A program made the position numbers and the translations under genes. This document shows positions 35,956 to 44,406 of a stretch of DNA of 64,000 bases, piece by piece (position 1 is the stretch's first letter; the number at the start of each line of letters is the position of its first letter). Source of the DNA: Candidatus Micrarchaeota archaeon (GTDB lineage Archaea > Micrarchaeota > Micrarchaeia > Anstonellales > Bilamarchaeaceae); NCBI GenBank assembly GCA_014727975.1, contig WJMK01000014.1, positions 2,558 to 66,557 on the forward strand. The letters run 5' to 3'. The notes beneath the pieces were generated by a model, which had not been told where the DNA came from, ran no database searches, and saw only the letters and a program-made list of their open reading frames with translations.

Positions 35956-36877
35956 TCCTGTCTCCGATTGGCGGGTGTGTTGCGAACATTCCCGCAACCT
36001 TTTTTCCTATCGGGTCAGCAAAATACATTGGTGCGGTAGAATCCGTGGCAAGCTTCACAGGCTTGTAGTTGTCCCTTATTTTTATTAGTGCGTTCTTTAG
36101 CCCATCCGGGTAGCGGGTAAGCCGTACTGCGCTTGCATCCGCAAGGTATTCTCGCTGGCGGGAGATTGCAAAGCGCACCATCATTGCAACAATGGGGGCA
36201 AGGATTGCAAGAATGAGCCCCAGGACCATTATCAGGCCTGAGTCTCCGCCCCTCCTGTTTCCTCCCCGCACTCCTCCCCAGATAAAAGTGCGGAGGATTA
36301 TTTCTGAAAGGAATCCGACAAGGCCGACCATTACGATTGTGAGCATCATGAAGCGGATGTCATAGTTTGCAATGTGGGACATTTCATGGGCAACCACCCC
36401 CTCCAGCTCCTGCCGGTCAAGTTTTTCCAGCAGGCCACGGGTAACAACAATTGCAGAATGCTCAGGGTCCCTTCCTGTTGCAAAGGCGTTCAGGGCCCTG
36501 TCTTCAACTATGTAAACCTTTGGCTTGGGTATTTGCGCTGCGAGCGCAAGGCCCTCAACCAGGTGGAACAGGTAAGGGTGGTCGCTTTTTTTCAGGGGTT
36601 TGGCGCCGCTTAATGCAAGGACCACTTTTGAGCCCATGTAATATGAAAAGGCTGCATATACCAGGCCTATGAATAAACCGATGAAAAGGCCGTAATATCC
36701 GATTCCCCATATATGGCCCAGGGCAAGGCAGAGCACAAACACTATCATGCAAACCACTGCCATAAGCAGGAGGGAATTTCGCTTATTTGCATTGATTGCG
36801 TCAAAAAAGCTCTGCCCGGGCTCCCGGGGTATGTATTCCTGGGGCGGATGCTCCGGAGGGGCTGTTTCCTTGGCCAT
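35933..36877 (-). CDS. htpX: Zn-metalloprotease HtpX (peptidase M48)
   Basis: HEMSHIANYD zinc motif, TM helices on both sides, C-terminal ATHPPIGDRIKRL. Confidence 0.88.
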   Translation of the reverse strand: MAKETAPPEHPPQEYIPREPGQSFFDAINANKRNSLLLMAVVCMIVFVLCLALGHIWGIGYYGLFIGLFIGLVYAAFSYYMGSKVVLALSGAKPLKKSDHPYLFHLVEGLALAAQIPKPKVYIVEDRALNAFATGRDPEHSAIVVTRGLLEKLDRQELEGVVAHEMSHIANYDIRFMMLTIVMVGLVGFLSEIILRTFIWGGVRGGNRRGGDSGLIMVLGLILAILAPIVAMMVRFAISRQREYLADASAVRLTRYPDGLKNALIKIRDNYKPVKLATDSTAPMYFADPIGKKVAGMFATHPPIGDRIKRLSSF

Positions 36878-36887
36878 CTCAATTCAC

Positions 36888-37463
36888 TCAGAAATTAACT
36901 TCAGGAACTTTCTTTTCTTCCTCTTCAGTCTCAAAGTAATCCTGCTTTTTGTGGCCGAGCATGCCTGAGAATATCACGTAAGGAAGGACCTGCTGGGTAT
37001 TGTTGTAGTGGTAAACTGAATCATTGTATGCAGTCCTTGCATATGCAATCTTGTTTTCGATTCCGGAAAGCTCCTCCTGTAGCATCATGAAATTCTGGCT
37101 TGCCTTGAGGTCAGGGTAGTTCTCGGAAACTGCAAAGAGGGACTTGAGCGCATCGGTGAGCATATTGCTTGCCTTTGCCTTTCCTTCAACAGTCCCTGCA
37201 GCCATAACCTGTGCGCGTGCCTTGGTAACGTTCTCAAATACAGATTTCTCATGCTTTGCATAGCCCTTTACTGTTTCAACAAGGTTGGGCACAAGGTCGT
37301 TCCTTTTCTTCAGCTGCACATCAATCTGTGCCCAGGCATTCTCAACACGGTTCCTCAGGGTTACCAGGCGGTTGTAGACAAAATAAAGTATGCCTGCCAC
37401 CAGAATTGCGCCGCCAACAACTATTGCCCCGATACAAAGAGCTCCTCCAACTTCTAATGTCAT
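36888..37463 (-). CDS. lemA: LemA-family membrane protein
   Basis: N-terminal TM, then [25 protein letters not shown]-type sequence and NYPDLKA. It sits upstream of htpX, as commonly seen. Confidence 0.85.
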   Translation of the reverse strand: MTLEVGGALCIGAIVVGGAILVAGILYFVYNRLVTLRNRVENAWAQIDVQLKKRNDLVPNLVETVKGYAKHEKSVFENVTKARAQVMAAGTVEGKAKASNMLTDALKSLFAVSENYPDLKASQNFMMLQEELSGIENKIAYARTAYNDSVYHYNNTQQVLPYVIFSGMLGHKKQDYFETEEEEKKVPEVNF

Positions 37464-37488
37464 GCATAAAAGATAGAAGTATGCGCTT

Positions 37489-37809
37489 TTAATCCTTATC
37501 TTTCTCCCGGAGAGACGAGAGGGTGCCGCTGGTTGATAGCGGGATTATTCTTGCAGGCTTTCCATTGAGCTCGCTTATGAGGGCAAGCATCCCGAGCACC
37601 TCTTCTGCAGAAGCGCGGTTCACCAGCAGGACGCCCTTGTTCCTGTTTAATTCAATAAGCCTGAGCATGCGGGAAGAAAGCCCGTATTCCCCAAAAAACT
37701 TAAGGGAAAATAAGTAAATGCCTTGGGAAAGCTCTTTCTCAGTTAAATCGCCTTTAAGGATGAAAGAGATGTATCTTTTCTTCATTCTCTGGGAGGGCTT
37801 GATGCTCAT
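37489..37809 (-). CDS. RNase P protein component 2 (Pop5/Rpp14-like)
   Basis: [12 protein letters not shown]...[30 protein letters not shown] pattern. Start trimmed to the ATG at 37809. TATA-like GATTTAAGG lies about 25 nt upstream. Confidence 0.6.
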   Translation of the reverse strand: MSIKPSQRMKKRYISFILKGDLTEKELSQGIYLFSLKFFGEYGLSSRMLRLIELNRNKGVLLVNRASAEEVLGMLALISELNGKPARIIPLSTSGTLSSLREKDKD

Positions 37810-37907
37810 GGGAAAATGATGGGGGGAGGGATTTAAGGCGGTGTCTGTAACCATGGTTACAAAAACCCCATAAAACAAATTTTAAACTTTCCATTCTTTA
37901 GAATAGC

Positions 37908-38348
37908 ATGGCAGAAAGAATACTGGTTATCTCCGGAAGCAAGAGCGATGAGAAGATTGTAAAGAAAATAACTGATGTGCTGGAAGAGTTTGAAGTGGAA
38001 TATAAGTACGAAGTTGCATCAGCGCACAGAACTCCTGAAAAGGTTGAGAAACTCGTAAAAAGCACTTTTGCAGATGCAATTATTGCTGTTGCCGGGCTTT
38101 CCGCGGCACTCCCTGGAGTCATTGCAGCACATACCCTCACCCCTGTAATCGGGGTCCCTGTCTCTGCAAAGCTTGAAGGGATGGATGCCCTGCTGAGCAT
38201 TGCACAGATGCCTCCTGGAATCCCGGTTGCTGCAGTGGGAATAGATAATGGGAAGAATGCTGCATTGCTTGCGCTGCAAATCCTTGCGCTGCAGGATAAA
38301 AAAATTGAAGAGAAGCTGGTCGCCTACCGGGAAAAAATGAAAGGATGA
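37908..38348 (+). CDS. purE: N5-CAIR mutase / AIR carboxylase catalytic subunit
   Basis: [33 protein letters not shown]. Confidence 0.88.
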   Translation: MAERILVISGSKSDEKIVKKITDVLEEFEVEYKYEVASAHRTPEKVEKLVKSTFADAIIAVAGLSAALPGVIAAHTLTPVIGVPVSAKLEGMDALLSIAQMPPGIPVAAVGIDNGKNAALLALQILALQDKKIEEKLVAYREKMKG

Positions 38349-38385
38349 TCTTGGGAAAGTTGAAAAACAAAAAAGGGAGGAAGGG

Positions 38386-39825
38386 CTAATCCTCCTCCAC
38401 TTCTGCAGGCCTTAGCTTGAAGCCGGCAATCCTCTGCGAAACTATATGCAGTTCCACATCATATGGCTGCCCTGCAATCTCAACCTGGTCCCCGTCCCTG
38501 AGTTCCTGGATGCCAGAGAATATGCTCAATGCAAGTTCCTGGTTCTCAGCACTTATGATAAGGGAGGGCTCCGGATGCCTAAGCACAAATTCCTTTATTG
38601 TGCTCCCAATCCAGACATATGCTTTCCTTTCTTCGGCAGAGATTACCTCCTCTGAGATATAGTCTGCCCCAGGGTATTCATATGAAAAGAGTGGGAAGCC
38701 TTCGAAAGTATTTTCGGTCCAGGTTACAGTCAGGCCCGCGCATGAAAGGGAGTCAAATGGCTCCTCAAGCACCCCATAGTCCGCATATTTCGAAAAGCGG
38801 ACATGGTGGGCTTCGCTGTCCTGGCCAATGTCAATAAAGTTCTGGGTTGTTGACCTCATCTCCATCTCATTCGGGTACTCGCCCGGAACAGTTGCAAATG
38901 CAGGGGAGATGTATGGGTCGAACTCAGTAAGCTCGAAAACAAAGTCTGAAACAGTGCCGGGGCATTCGTGGTCTTCCCCTGTTTGGATGTCAGGCAGGAA
39001 GCCATGCACGTGGCTTTGCACATAAACTCTCTGGATTATTGTTTCGCTGAACTCATATTCTTCTGGAGGTGAAAGCGAACCATTGTCCACATACTCGCAA
39101 TGCATAAACCCGTCTTCATTGTCTGTTATGAGATGGGCAATAAGGTCTCCACTCTCGAGCTGGTATACTCCGCAGAGAGTTATCTGCTGCTCAAGCCCTC
39201 CCATGCTGACAGTAAGAGAATGTGTGTCTGCAAGGTCGAACACAAAGTAGGAAGAAAGGTCTCCCTCTTCAACTACTTCCCCTTCAAAGTTTACATTCTC
39301 CCAGTTTTCATTAAGGAAAACGACTTCTGCGATTTGCTCGCTGAAGCTCATGTTTACGAGTTTCATCCAGTGGCCTACCGGCCCAAGGAGCTCTTTCTCA
39401 TCAAGGCCAAGGAGTGACTCGTGGTCTTTGCCTTCATAAACTCCGCACTCTGGCCCTTCGCTGGAACCCGTATCTGTGCCTGTATCAGTATCACTATCCG
39501 TATCTGTATCAACATCCGCTGATGCATCAGGGCCGGCATCCTGGCCTTTTGAGCCTTCGCATTCAGAGCATGCAACAACAAGCATCCCTACTCCTGCTGC
39601 AAGGAACATGGCTGTTGCGCCCCTCCCTGCTTTCTTTGCAAGCCTGCCGACAGCCCTGAGTGACCGCATGGCCCTGCCTTCTTCATGTGGCTCTTCAGAA
39701 ATATCTGCGCCAAGAGCCCTACCATGCCTCCCTGTGGACGACTTGGGAATTGCACGGCCTGCCTGGTGGCGGCCGTTTGGGGCGGGTTCTTCCATTCTAT
39801 TGACAATCTCTCTGCCTCTACTCAT
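38386..39825 (-). CDS. Membrane-anchored/lipobox-type exported protein with a (D-T/S) repeat linker, unknown function
   Basis: Hydrophobic AMFLAAGVGMLVVAC, then DVDTDTDSDTDTGTDTG, then an acidic globular region of about 370 aa. The start is uncertain: TTG at 39858, ATG at 39825, ATG at 39669. Confidence 0.45.
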   Translation of the reverse strand: MSRGREIVNRMEEPAPNGRHQAGRAIPKSSTGRHGRALGADISEEPHEEGRAMRSLRAVGRLAKKAGRGATAMFLAAGVGMLVVACSECEGSKGQDAGPDASADVDTDTDSDTDTGTDTGSSEGPECGVYEGKDHESLLGLDEKELLGPVGHWMKLVNMSFSEQIAEVVFLNENWENVNFEGEVVEEGDLSSYFVFDLADTHSLTVSMGGLEQQITLCGVYQLESGDLIAHLITDNEDGFMHCEYVDNGSLSPPEEYEFSETIIQRVYVQSHVHGFLPDIQTGEDHECPGTVSDFVFELTEFDPYISPAFATVPGEYPNEMEMRSTTQNFIDIGQDSEAHHVRFSKYADYGVLEEPFDSLSCAGLTVTWTENTFEGFPLFSYEYPGADYISEEVISAEERKAYVWIGSTIKEFVLRHPEPSLIISAENQELALSIFSGIQELRDGDQVEIAGQPYDVELHIVSQRIAGFKLRPAEVEED

Positions 39826-39864
39826 TGAATCACCATAATTAGTAGTAATTTGTAGCAAGTAAAG

Positions 39865-39876
39865 TTTATAAATATA
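39865..39876. promoter_or_regulatory. Palindromic TATA-like element TTTATAAATATA between divergent genes
   Basis: About 25 nt upstream of the trmI-like ATG at 39898, and upstream of the divergent 38386-39825 gene. Confidence 0.4.
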
Positions 39877-39897
39877 AGTTAGTTTTGCAGGAATAAA

Positions 39898-40563
39898 ATG
39901 GGCGCAGAAAAACTACAAATACACAAAAAGTTTCAAAGCAATAAATTCTTTTCCATGCACAGTAGTGGCATGGCAAGGAAAAAAGGCCAGGGGGTTGATG
40001 TCAGGTTCCCGCAGCTGCTGAAAGGAATGAAAAGGGGGCCCGCGGTGATAATCCCCAAAGACATTGGGATGGTTATTTCTTACACCGGGATAGGAAAAAA
40101 AAGCAAAGTTGTTGAAGCTGGTGCGGGTTCGGGCTTTGCAACTATTGTGCTCGGCAACATTGCAAAAAGCGTTGTTTCCTATGAAAGGAATGCAGATTTC
40201 TGTGAGCTTGCAAAAAATAATGCTGCAAAGGCAGGGCTGAAGAATGTGAAGATAAAGAAAACAGATGTCCTGGAGAAGGGCATAAAGGAAAAAAACGTGG
40301 ACCTCGTGCTCCTGGACATGCCTGAATCCCAGAAGGCCGTAGGGGGGGCGCACAAGGCACTTGCAAAGGATGGATATCTGGTGGGGTTCCTCCCGAATAT
40401 GGAGCAGGCCAAGGAATTCTATTTTGCATCTGAGGCAGAAGGCTTCTCTGATATTTTCATGCTAGAAAGCATTGTGCGCGAATATGATGTGAGGGTTTAT
40501 GGGGTGCGGCCAAAGCACGTTGGGCTAACGCACACAGCATACCTTGTGTTTGCAAGGAAATAG
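39898..40563 (+). CDS. trmI: tRNA (adenine-N1)-methyltransferase, TrmI/Gcd14 family
   Basis: GPAVIIPKDIGMVISYTGI, the SAM motif VVEAGAGSGFAT, and DLVLLDMP. Confidence 0.7.
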   Translation: MGAEKLQIHKKFQSNKFFSMHSSGMARKKGQGVDVRFPQLLKGMKRGPAVIIPKDIGMVISYTGIGKKSKVVEAGAGSGFATIVLGNIAKSVVSYERNADFCELAKNNAAKAGLKNVKIKKTDVLEKGIKEKNVDLVLLDMPESQKAVGGAHKALAKDGYLVGFLPNMEQAKEFYFASEAEGFSDIFMLESIVREYDVRVYGVRPKHVGLTHTAYLVFARK

Positions 40564-40587
40564 GGTTGGATTTCTGCACTCGAAAGC

Positions 40588-40596
40588 TATTTAAAC
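40588..40596 (+). promoter_or_regulatory. TATA-like box for the 40620 gene
   Basis: TATTTAAAC lies about 28 nt upstream of the ATG at 40620. Confidence 0.4.
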
Positions 40597-40619
40597 ATAC
40601 TCATACACAAATAATCACC

Positions 40620-41567
40620 ATGGATAAAGACACTCCAGTGGGAACCAGGGAAAGAACTTCGAGCATCCCGCCAAAAACCAATGTAATCCTCCTCCGCCCG
40701 GTGCGGAGTGCCCTGGGGGCACAAAGGATACGCCGCCCCCTTCCTATAGAAGGCGCAAAGCACCTGGGCCAAGTTGAACGAATAGAAGAGGGCCCGCTAA
40801 AAGAATACAAAAAACTTTCAATTGAACTGGAGAGGGCCCTTGATGAGATTATTTCCGGGAGTGAAAAACCAGTCAGGGCAAAGAAAAGGTCGGGCCCGCG
40901 GCCCAGTGCAATAGAGGGCGCAAGCGTGCCCCACACTGGAAAAGTCTCTATAAGAAAGGAGGAGATAATTTCAAAACTAAGGGCAGTGCGGGAGCGCTTC
41001 TGCATTGACTTGGAAGAAAGGAGGGCAACTACACTCATCAACAATATGGACAAGGGATGCCCCGCATCAATAAACCCGGGAGACCCGGATTTCTCAAAGC
41101 CCTCAGTAATGGAGGCAGTGCTTGTGGTTTTGCGGCAGGCAAGGGATTTTGCAAAGGAAATCTGGGAATCAGAAGAATACACCAGGGTAGATGAGAAGCT
41201 TGAACTGTACGATGGGCTCGTTTCCAGGATTATTGCAACTGAAGATGCCCTTTCAGAACAGGAGAGTCTTGCAAGGAAAAAGATTGTGCTCAAAGGAAGG
41301 CCTGGGGGGGCAAAAATAGGCAGGAAGGAACTAATGGAATTATTCAGAAGTACAATGCTTGGGGAGATAAAACAGAATGAAGAGGGAGAGGAGATGTACC
41401 ATACTCCTGAAACTTCAGATTATATGTGGAAGGCGGGGCAGGTGGATGAAGCAATTGAATTTGCAAGAGATGTCCTTGCAACACTGGAAACAGGGGCCAG
41501 AATGATTTATGCCAAGAGGAGGGAACCATTCAGTGTGGTTGGGGAAGATGAAAAGAACGGTGCTTAA
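40620..41567 (+). CDS. Hypothetical protein (315 aa), basic N-terminus, helical
   Basis: Long ORF with ordinary K/E/R-rich composition. No motif recognised. Start trimmed to the ATG at 40620. Confidence 0.45.
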   Translation: MDKDTPVGTRERTSSIPPKTNVILLRPVRSALGAQRIRRPLPIEGAKHLGQVERIEEGPLKEYKKLSIELERALDEIISGSEKPVRAKKRSGPRPSAIEGASVPHTGKVSIRKEEIISKLRAVRERFCIDLEERRATTLINNMDKGCPASINPGDPDFSKPSVMEAVLVVLRQARDFAKEIWESEEYTRVDEKLELYDGLVSRIIATEDALSEQESLARKKIVLKGRPGGAKIGRKELMELFRSTMLGEIKQNEEGEEMYHTPETSDYMWKAGQVDEAIEFARDVLATLETGARMIYAKRREPFSVVGEDEKNGA

Positions 41568-41604
41568 CTTTTAAGTATTTCGGCTCATTATTTTTCAACT
41601 TTTC

Positions 41605-41765
41605 GGGCTTATAGCTCAGTAGTAGAGCGCTCGCCTTGCAACAGGCTGTCCGGCCTACAACGTTGCTTCCCCGCGCACCCCCCCGTGCGCTCCCTCCAGC
41701 AACGTTGGCTAAAGGGCTGCCTGCGGGAACGCGAGAGGCCGGGGGTGCGAATCCCCCTAAGTCCA
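41605..41765 (+). tRNA. tRNA-Ala(UGC): tRNA-Ala (anticodon TGC) with an 89-nt intron at 37/38 (about 41641-41729)
   Basis: Acceptor GGGCTTA/TAAGTCC gives the G3:U70 Ala identity pair. D-arm GCTC-AGTAGTA-GAGC, anticodon stem CTCGC/GCGAG, loop CTTGCA. T-arm GGGGG-TGCGAAT-CCCCC. 72 nt once the insert is removed. Confidence 0.75.
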
Positions 41766-41832
41766 TCGATTTTTTCCCTGGTTTTACCCGAAGCAAAAAT
41801 CGTCAAAAAACACGGTTTTACGTTGCCCCATG

Positions 41833-41957
41833 AAATTTTTCTCTGCTGTTTTTTGCTACTGTAAAAATTTTATAATCTGTGTAGCCTCCGGTTACATCTC
41901 TTGAGCAGAGCTCAAGAAAACATGGCTCCTGTTAACCTGGACTTTTTGTTTTCTGCT
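41833..41957 (+). repeat. tRNA-downstream repeat block D1
   Basis: Shares with 42095-42269 the modules TTTTTCTGCTG, GTAAAAATTTTATAATCT, the hairpin TCTTGAGC-AGA-GCTCAAGA (41899-41917) and AAAACATGGC..CCTGG.CTTTTTGTTTT. Confidence 0.75.
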
Positions 41958-42019
41958 GGGATTGGGTATATTTATAAATACAAATGAACGTTAACAATAC
42001 CAACCCCTTAGAGTAAAAC

Positions 42020-42094
42020 AGCGGGATAGGGGAGTCTGGAGTTCCCGCCGGGCTCATAACCCGGAGGTCGATGGTTCAAATCCATCTCCCGCTA
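42020..42094 (+). tRNA. tRNA-iMet(CAU): Initiator tRNA-Met (anticodon CAT)
   Basis: A1:U72 acceptor end (AGCGGGA/TCCCGCT). Anticodon arm CCGGG-CTCATAA-CCCGG with three consecutive G:C pairs next to the loop. T-arm GATGG-TTCAAAT-CCATC. Confidence 0.85.
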
Positions 42095-42269
42095 AAATTT
42101 TTTTCTGCTGCTTTAACCTGCCGTAAAAATTTTATAATCTAATTGAGCTTCGCTTGCTTCTCACAGTGTGAATCAAAGCGGGCAAAGCCCGGCATAGCAC
42201 TTGCTTCACAATCTGGCTCTTGAGCAGAGCTCAAAAAACATGGCCCGTTTTAGCCTGGCCTTTTTGTTT
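42095..42269 (+). repeat. tRNA-downstream repeat block D2 (D1 modules plus the 78-nt element)
   Basis: Same ordered modules as D1, with 42157-42234 inserted between GTAAAAATTTTATAATCT and the downstream tail. Confidence 0.75.
42157..42234. repeat. 78-nt structured intergenic repeat, copy 2
   Basis: Reverse complement aligns to 483-560 (see copy 1). Confidence 0.8.
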
Positions 42270-42623
42270 TTACTTCGAATCGCACTTGATCAGGGTGTGC
42301 TCATCAATCCTTCCATTTAACTCGCCTTTTTTGTTAAAGGCAAAAACAGAAACGTGGCACTTGTAGAGATGGGAGCGCACGTTGTGCTCAGTATATATCT
42401 TGATTGGCTTTGAGCAGGACTCCCTGCCCTCACAGATGCCTACCCTGAACCTGCCTGCGCGCACACTCCGGTTTGGCTTGAGGGAGAGCCCTGACTCAAG
42501 GGTTATTTCCGCTTCAAGCCAGCTTGGGTTTTCAGTGCTGGAATTCGCATCCACAATAAGGTCTATTGTTTTTCCGGGGTAAGCCGGGATTGATTCAGGA
42601 TAAGTGCTCAGGCTGATTCTCAT
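42270..42623 (-). CDS. Small hypothetical protein (117 aa), probably beta-rich
   Basis: ORF trimmed to the ATG at 42623 (MRISLSTYPES). Alternating polar/hydrophobic pattern. No motif recognised. Confidence 0.4.
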   Translation of the reverse strand: MRISLSTYPESIPAYPGKTIDLIVDANSSTENPSWLEAEITLESGLSLKPNRSVRAGRFRVGICEGRESCSKPIKIYTEHNVRSHLYKCHVSVFAFNKKGELNGRIDEHTLIKCDSK

Positions 42624-42685
42624 GTTCCCACCACTAAAATATGGTGCAACCAAGGAATTTAATTGTTGTGGGTGAATAGGATTTG

Positions 42686-43126
42686 ATGATTCCGGAGGCA
42701 GAGCTAATCAAAAGGGAGCTTGTAGTGAGGAACATGGCACTTACAGATGATGTAAGGCTTACCCGCAAATCCCTTGTGCGCTGGATTGCGCTTTCCCTGG
42801 GGCTCATTTCCCCAAACGAGAGCCGCACTATTGTTATTGATGTGCTGGATGTGCTGCTCAAGGAGTTTGCACACGGGAAAAGGCCCACTACCAAAGAAAT
42901 CTACGAAAAAGTAAGCAAGAAAAGGAAGGACTCTGTTTCTGAGAAAACTGTTTACTACCACCTGCAGAGGATTGCAAACATGGGCCTTATCCAGCGGGAA
43001 AAAGGCCAGTACTTTATTTCCAAGGATAAAGAAGGGCTGAAGGAAGCGATACGGAAGGTCTATGAAAAAGAGTTTGATGAGGCCTTCGGAAACATAGGCA
43101 AGGCCCTGGATTCACTGGAAAAATAG
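42686..43126 (+). CDS. Winged-helix DNA-binding protein (ArsR/TrmB-like)
   Basis: KTVYYHLQRIANMGLIQREKGQYF recognition helix and wing pattern. Confidence 0.45.
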   Translation: MIPEAELIKRELVVRNMALTDDVRLTRKSLVRWIALSLGLISPNESRTIVIDVLDVLLKEFAHGKRPTTKEIYEKVSKKRKDSVSEKTVYYHLQRIANMGLIQREKGQYFISKDKEGLKEAIRKVYEKEFDEAFGNIGKALDSLEK

Positions 43127-43158
43127 CATAATAAAGGTTTTCGGGCAAATGTTAAACC

Positions 43159-44406
43159 ATGAGCGCATTCTCAGGATTCTACAAGAAGACTATTCAGGAG
43201 CGTTTAGAGATACTTAAAACCGAAAGGGGAATTAGTGATGAGGAAGCCAAGGTGCTGCTGGATTCCGGGGCACTTGAATTGGAAACCGCAAACCGCATGA
43301 TCGAAAATATGGTTGGGGTGAACCACCTTCCTTTGGGGGTTGTTCCTGGTTTTGTAATCAATGGAAAAAAGTATGTTGTGCCCATGTGCATTGAAGAGCC
43401 TTCGGTTGTGGCTGGGGCTGCGAAGGCTGCGAAGCTAGCGGCGCAATGCGGCGGATTTGCCGCTGATGCTGATGAGCCTGTAATGACCGGGCAGGTGCAA
43501 CTTGTGAAGGTTCCTGAAGATGCGATTGAGAAATTTGATTCTAATAAAGGGAAAATTGCAGCTAAAGCCAAGGAGCTTGCTTCCGGCATGGAGAGATATG
43601 GCGGAGGTTACAGGGAATGCGAAGCACACCTGATTGAAACTTCCAGGGGAAAAATGCTGGTTGCTGTTTTCTATGTGGATGTGCGGGATGCTATGGGGGC
43701 AAATACCCTGAATACGCTCCTGGAGGGGATTGCTCCGATGCTGGAAGAAAAAATTGGGGGGGAGGCAAGGCTGCGCATACTTACAAATCTTGCGGTCAGG
43801 AGAAAGGCCCGCGCAAAATGCATCTGGAAAAAGGAATTAATTGGCGGAGACGCGATTGAAAAAATCCTGGACGGCTATGAGCTTGCCGCAAATGACATTT
43901 ATCGCTGCTGTACCCACAATAAGGGAATAATGAATGGGGTAGACGCGGTTGCAGTTGCAACAGGCAACGACTGGAGAGCAGTGGAGGCATCGGTGCATGC
44001 ATATGCAGCGATGGATGGCTACAAGCCGTTGAATAAGTTTTACAAAAACGATGAGGGTGACCTGGTTGGGGAAATAGAACTTCCCCTCACCGTGGGCACG
44101 ATCGGAGGTGCAATCGGCACCAATCCTGTCGCACGCATAGCGCTCAAGGTTCTTGGTGTGAAAAGCGCGCAGGAACTTTCCATGGTAATGGCTGCAGTAG
44201 GACTTGCTCAGAATTTTGCAGCACTGCATGCCCTTTCTACTGTAGGCATACAAAAAGGGCATATGAAGCTGCATGCTTCCAACCTTGCGGTAATCGCAGG
44301 GGCAAAGGGTGAAGAAGTGGAGAGGGTAGTGGAAAGGATGGCCGAGCAGAAAAAATACTCTGCTGAGGCTGCGAAAGAAATACTAAAAGAAATGAGGGGT
44401 GGATAG
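43159..44406 (+). CDS. hmgA: HMG-CoA reductase, class II
   Basis: ENMVGVNHLPLGVVPGFVINGKKYVVPMCIEEPSVVAGAAKAAK. The EEPSVVA block is the class II signature; class I enzymes have TTEGCLVAS. Also DAMGANT and GTIGG. 415 aa with no membrane domain. Confidence 0.85.
   Translation: MSAFSGFYKKTIQERLEILKTERGISDEEAKVLLDSGALELETANRMIENMVGVNHLPLGVVPGFVINGKKYVVPMCIEEPSVVAGAAKAAKLAAQCGGFAADADEPVMTGQVQLVKVPEDAIEKFDSNKGKIAAKAKELASGMERYGGGYRECEAHLIETSRGKMLVAVFYVDVRDAMGANTLNTLLEGIAPMLEEKIGGEARLRILTNLAVRRKARAKCIWKKELIGGDAIEKILDGYELAANDIYRCCTHNKGIMNGVDAVAVATGNDWRAVEASVHAYAAMDGYKPLNKFYKNDEGDLVGEIELPLTVGTIGGAIGTNPVARIALKVLGVKSAQELSMVMAAVGLAQNFAALHALSTVGIQKGHMKLHASNLAVIAGAKGEEVERVVERMAEQKKYSAEAAKEILKEMRGG

Noticed and set aside
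41530-41833. ORFs 41530..41796(-), 41609..41806(-) and 41636..41833(+) overlapping tRNA-Ala
   Set aside because: They run through the tRNA exons and the G+C-rich intron. The cloverleaf with G3:U70 explains the conservation of this DNA better than any coding frame does.
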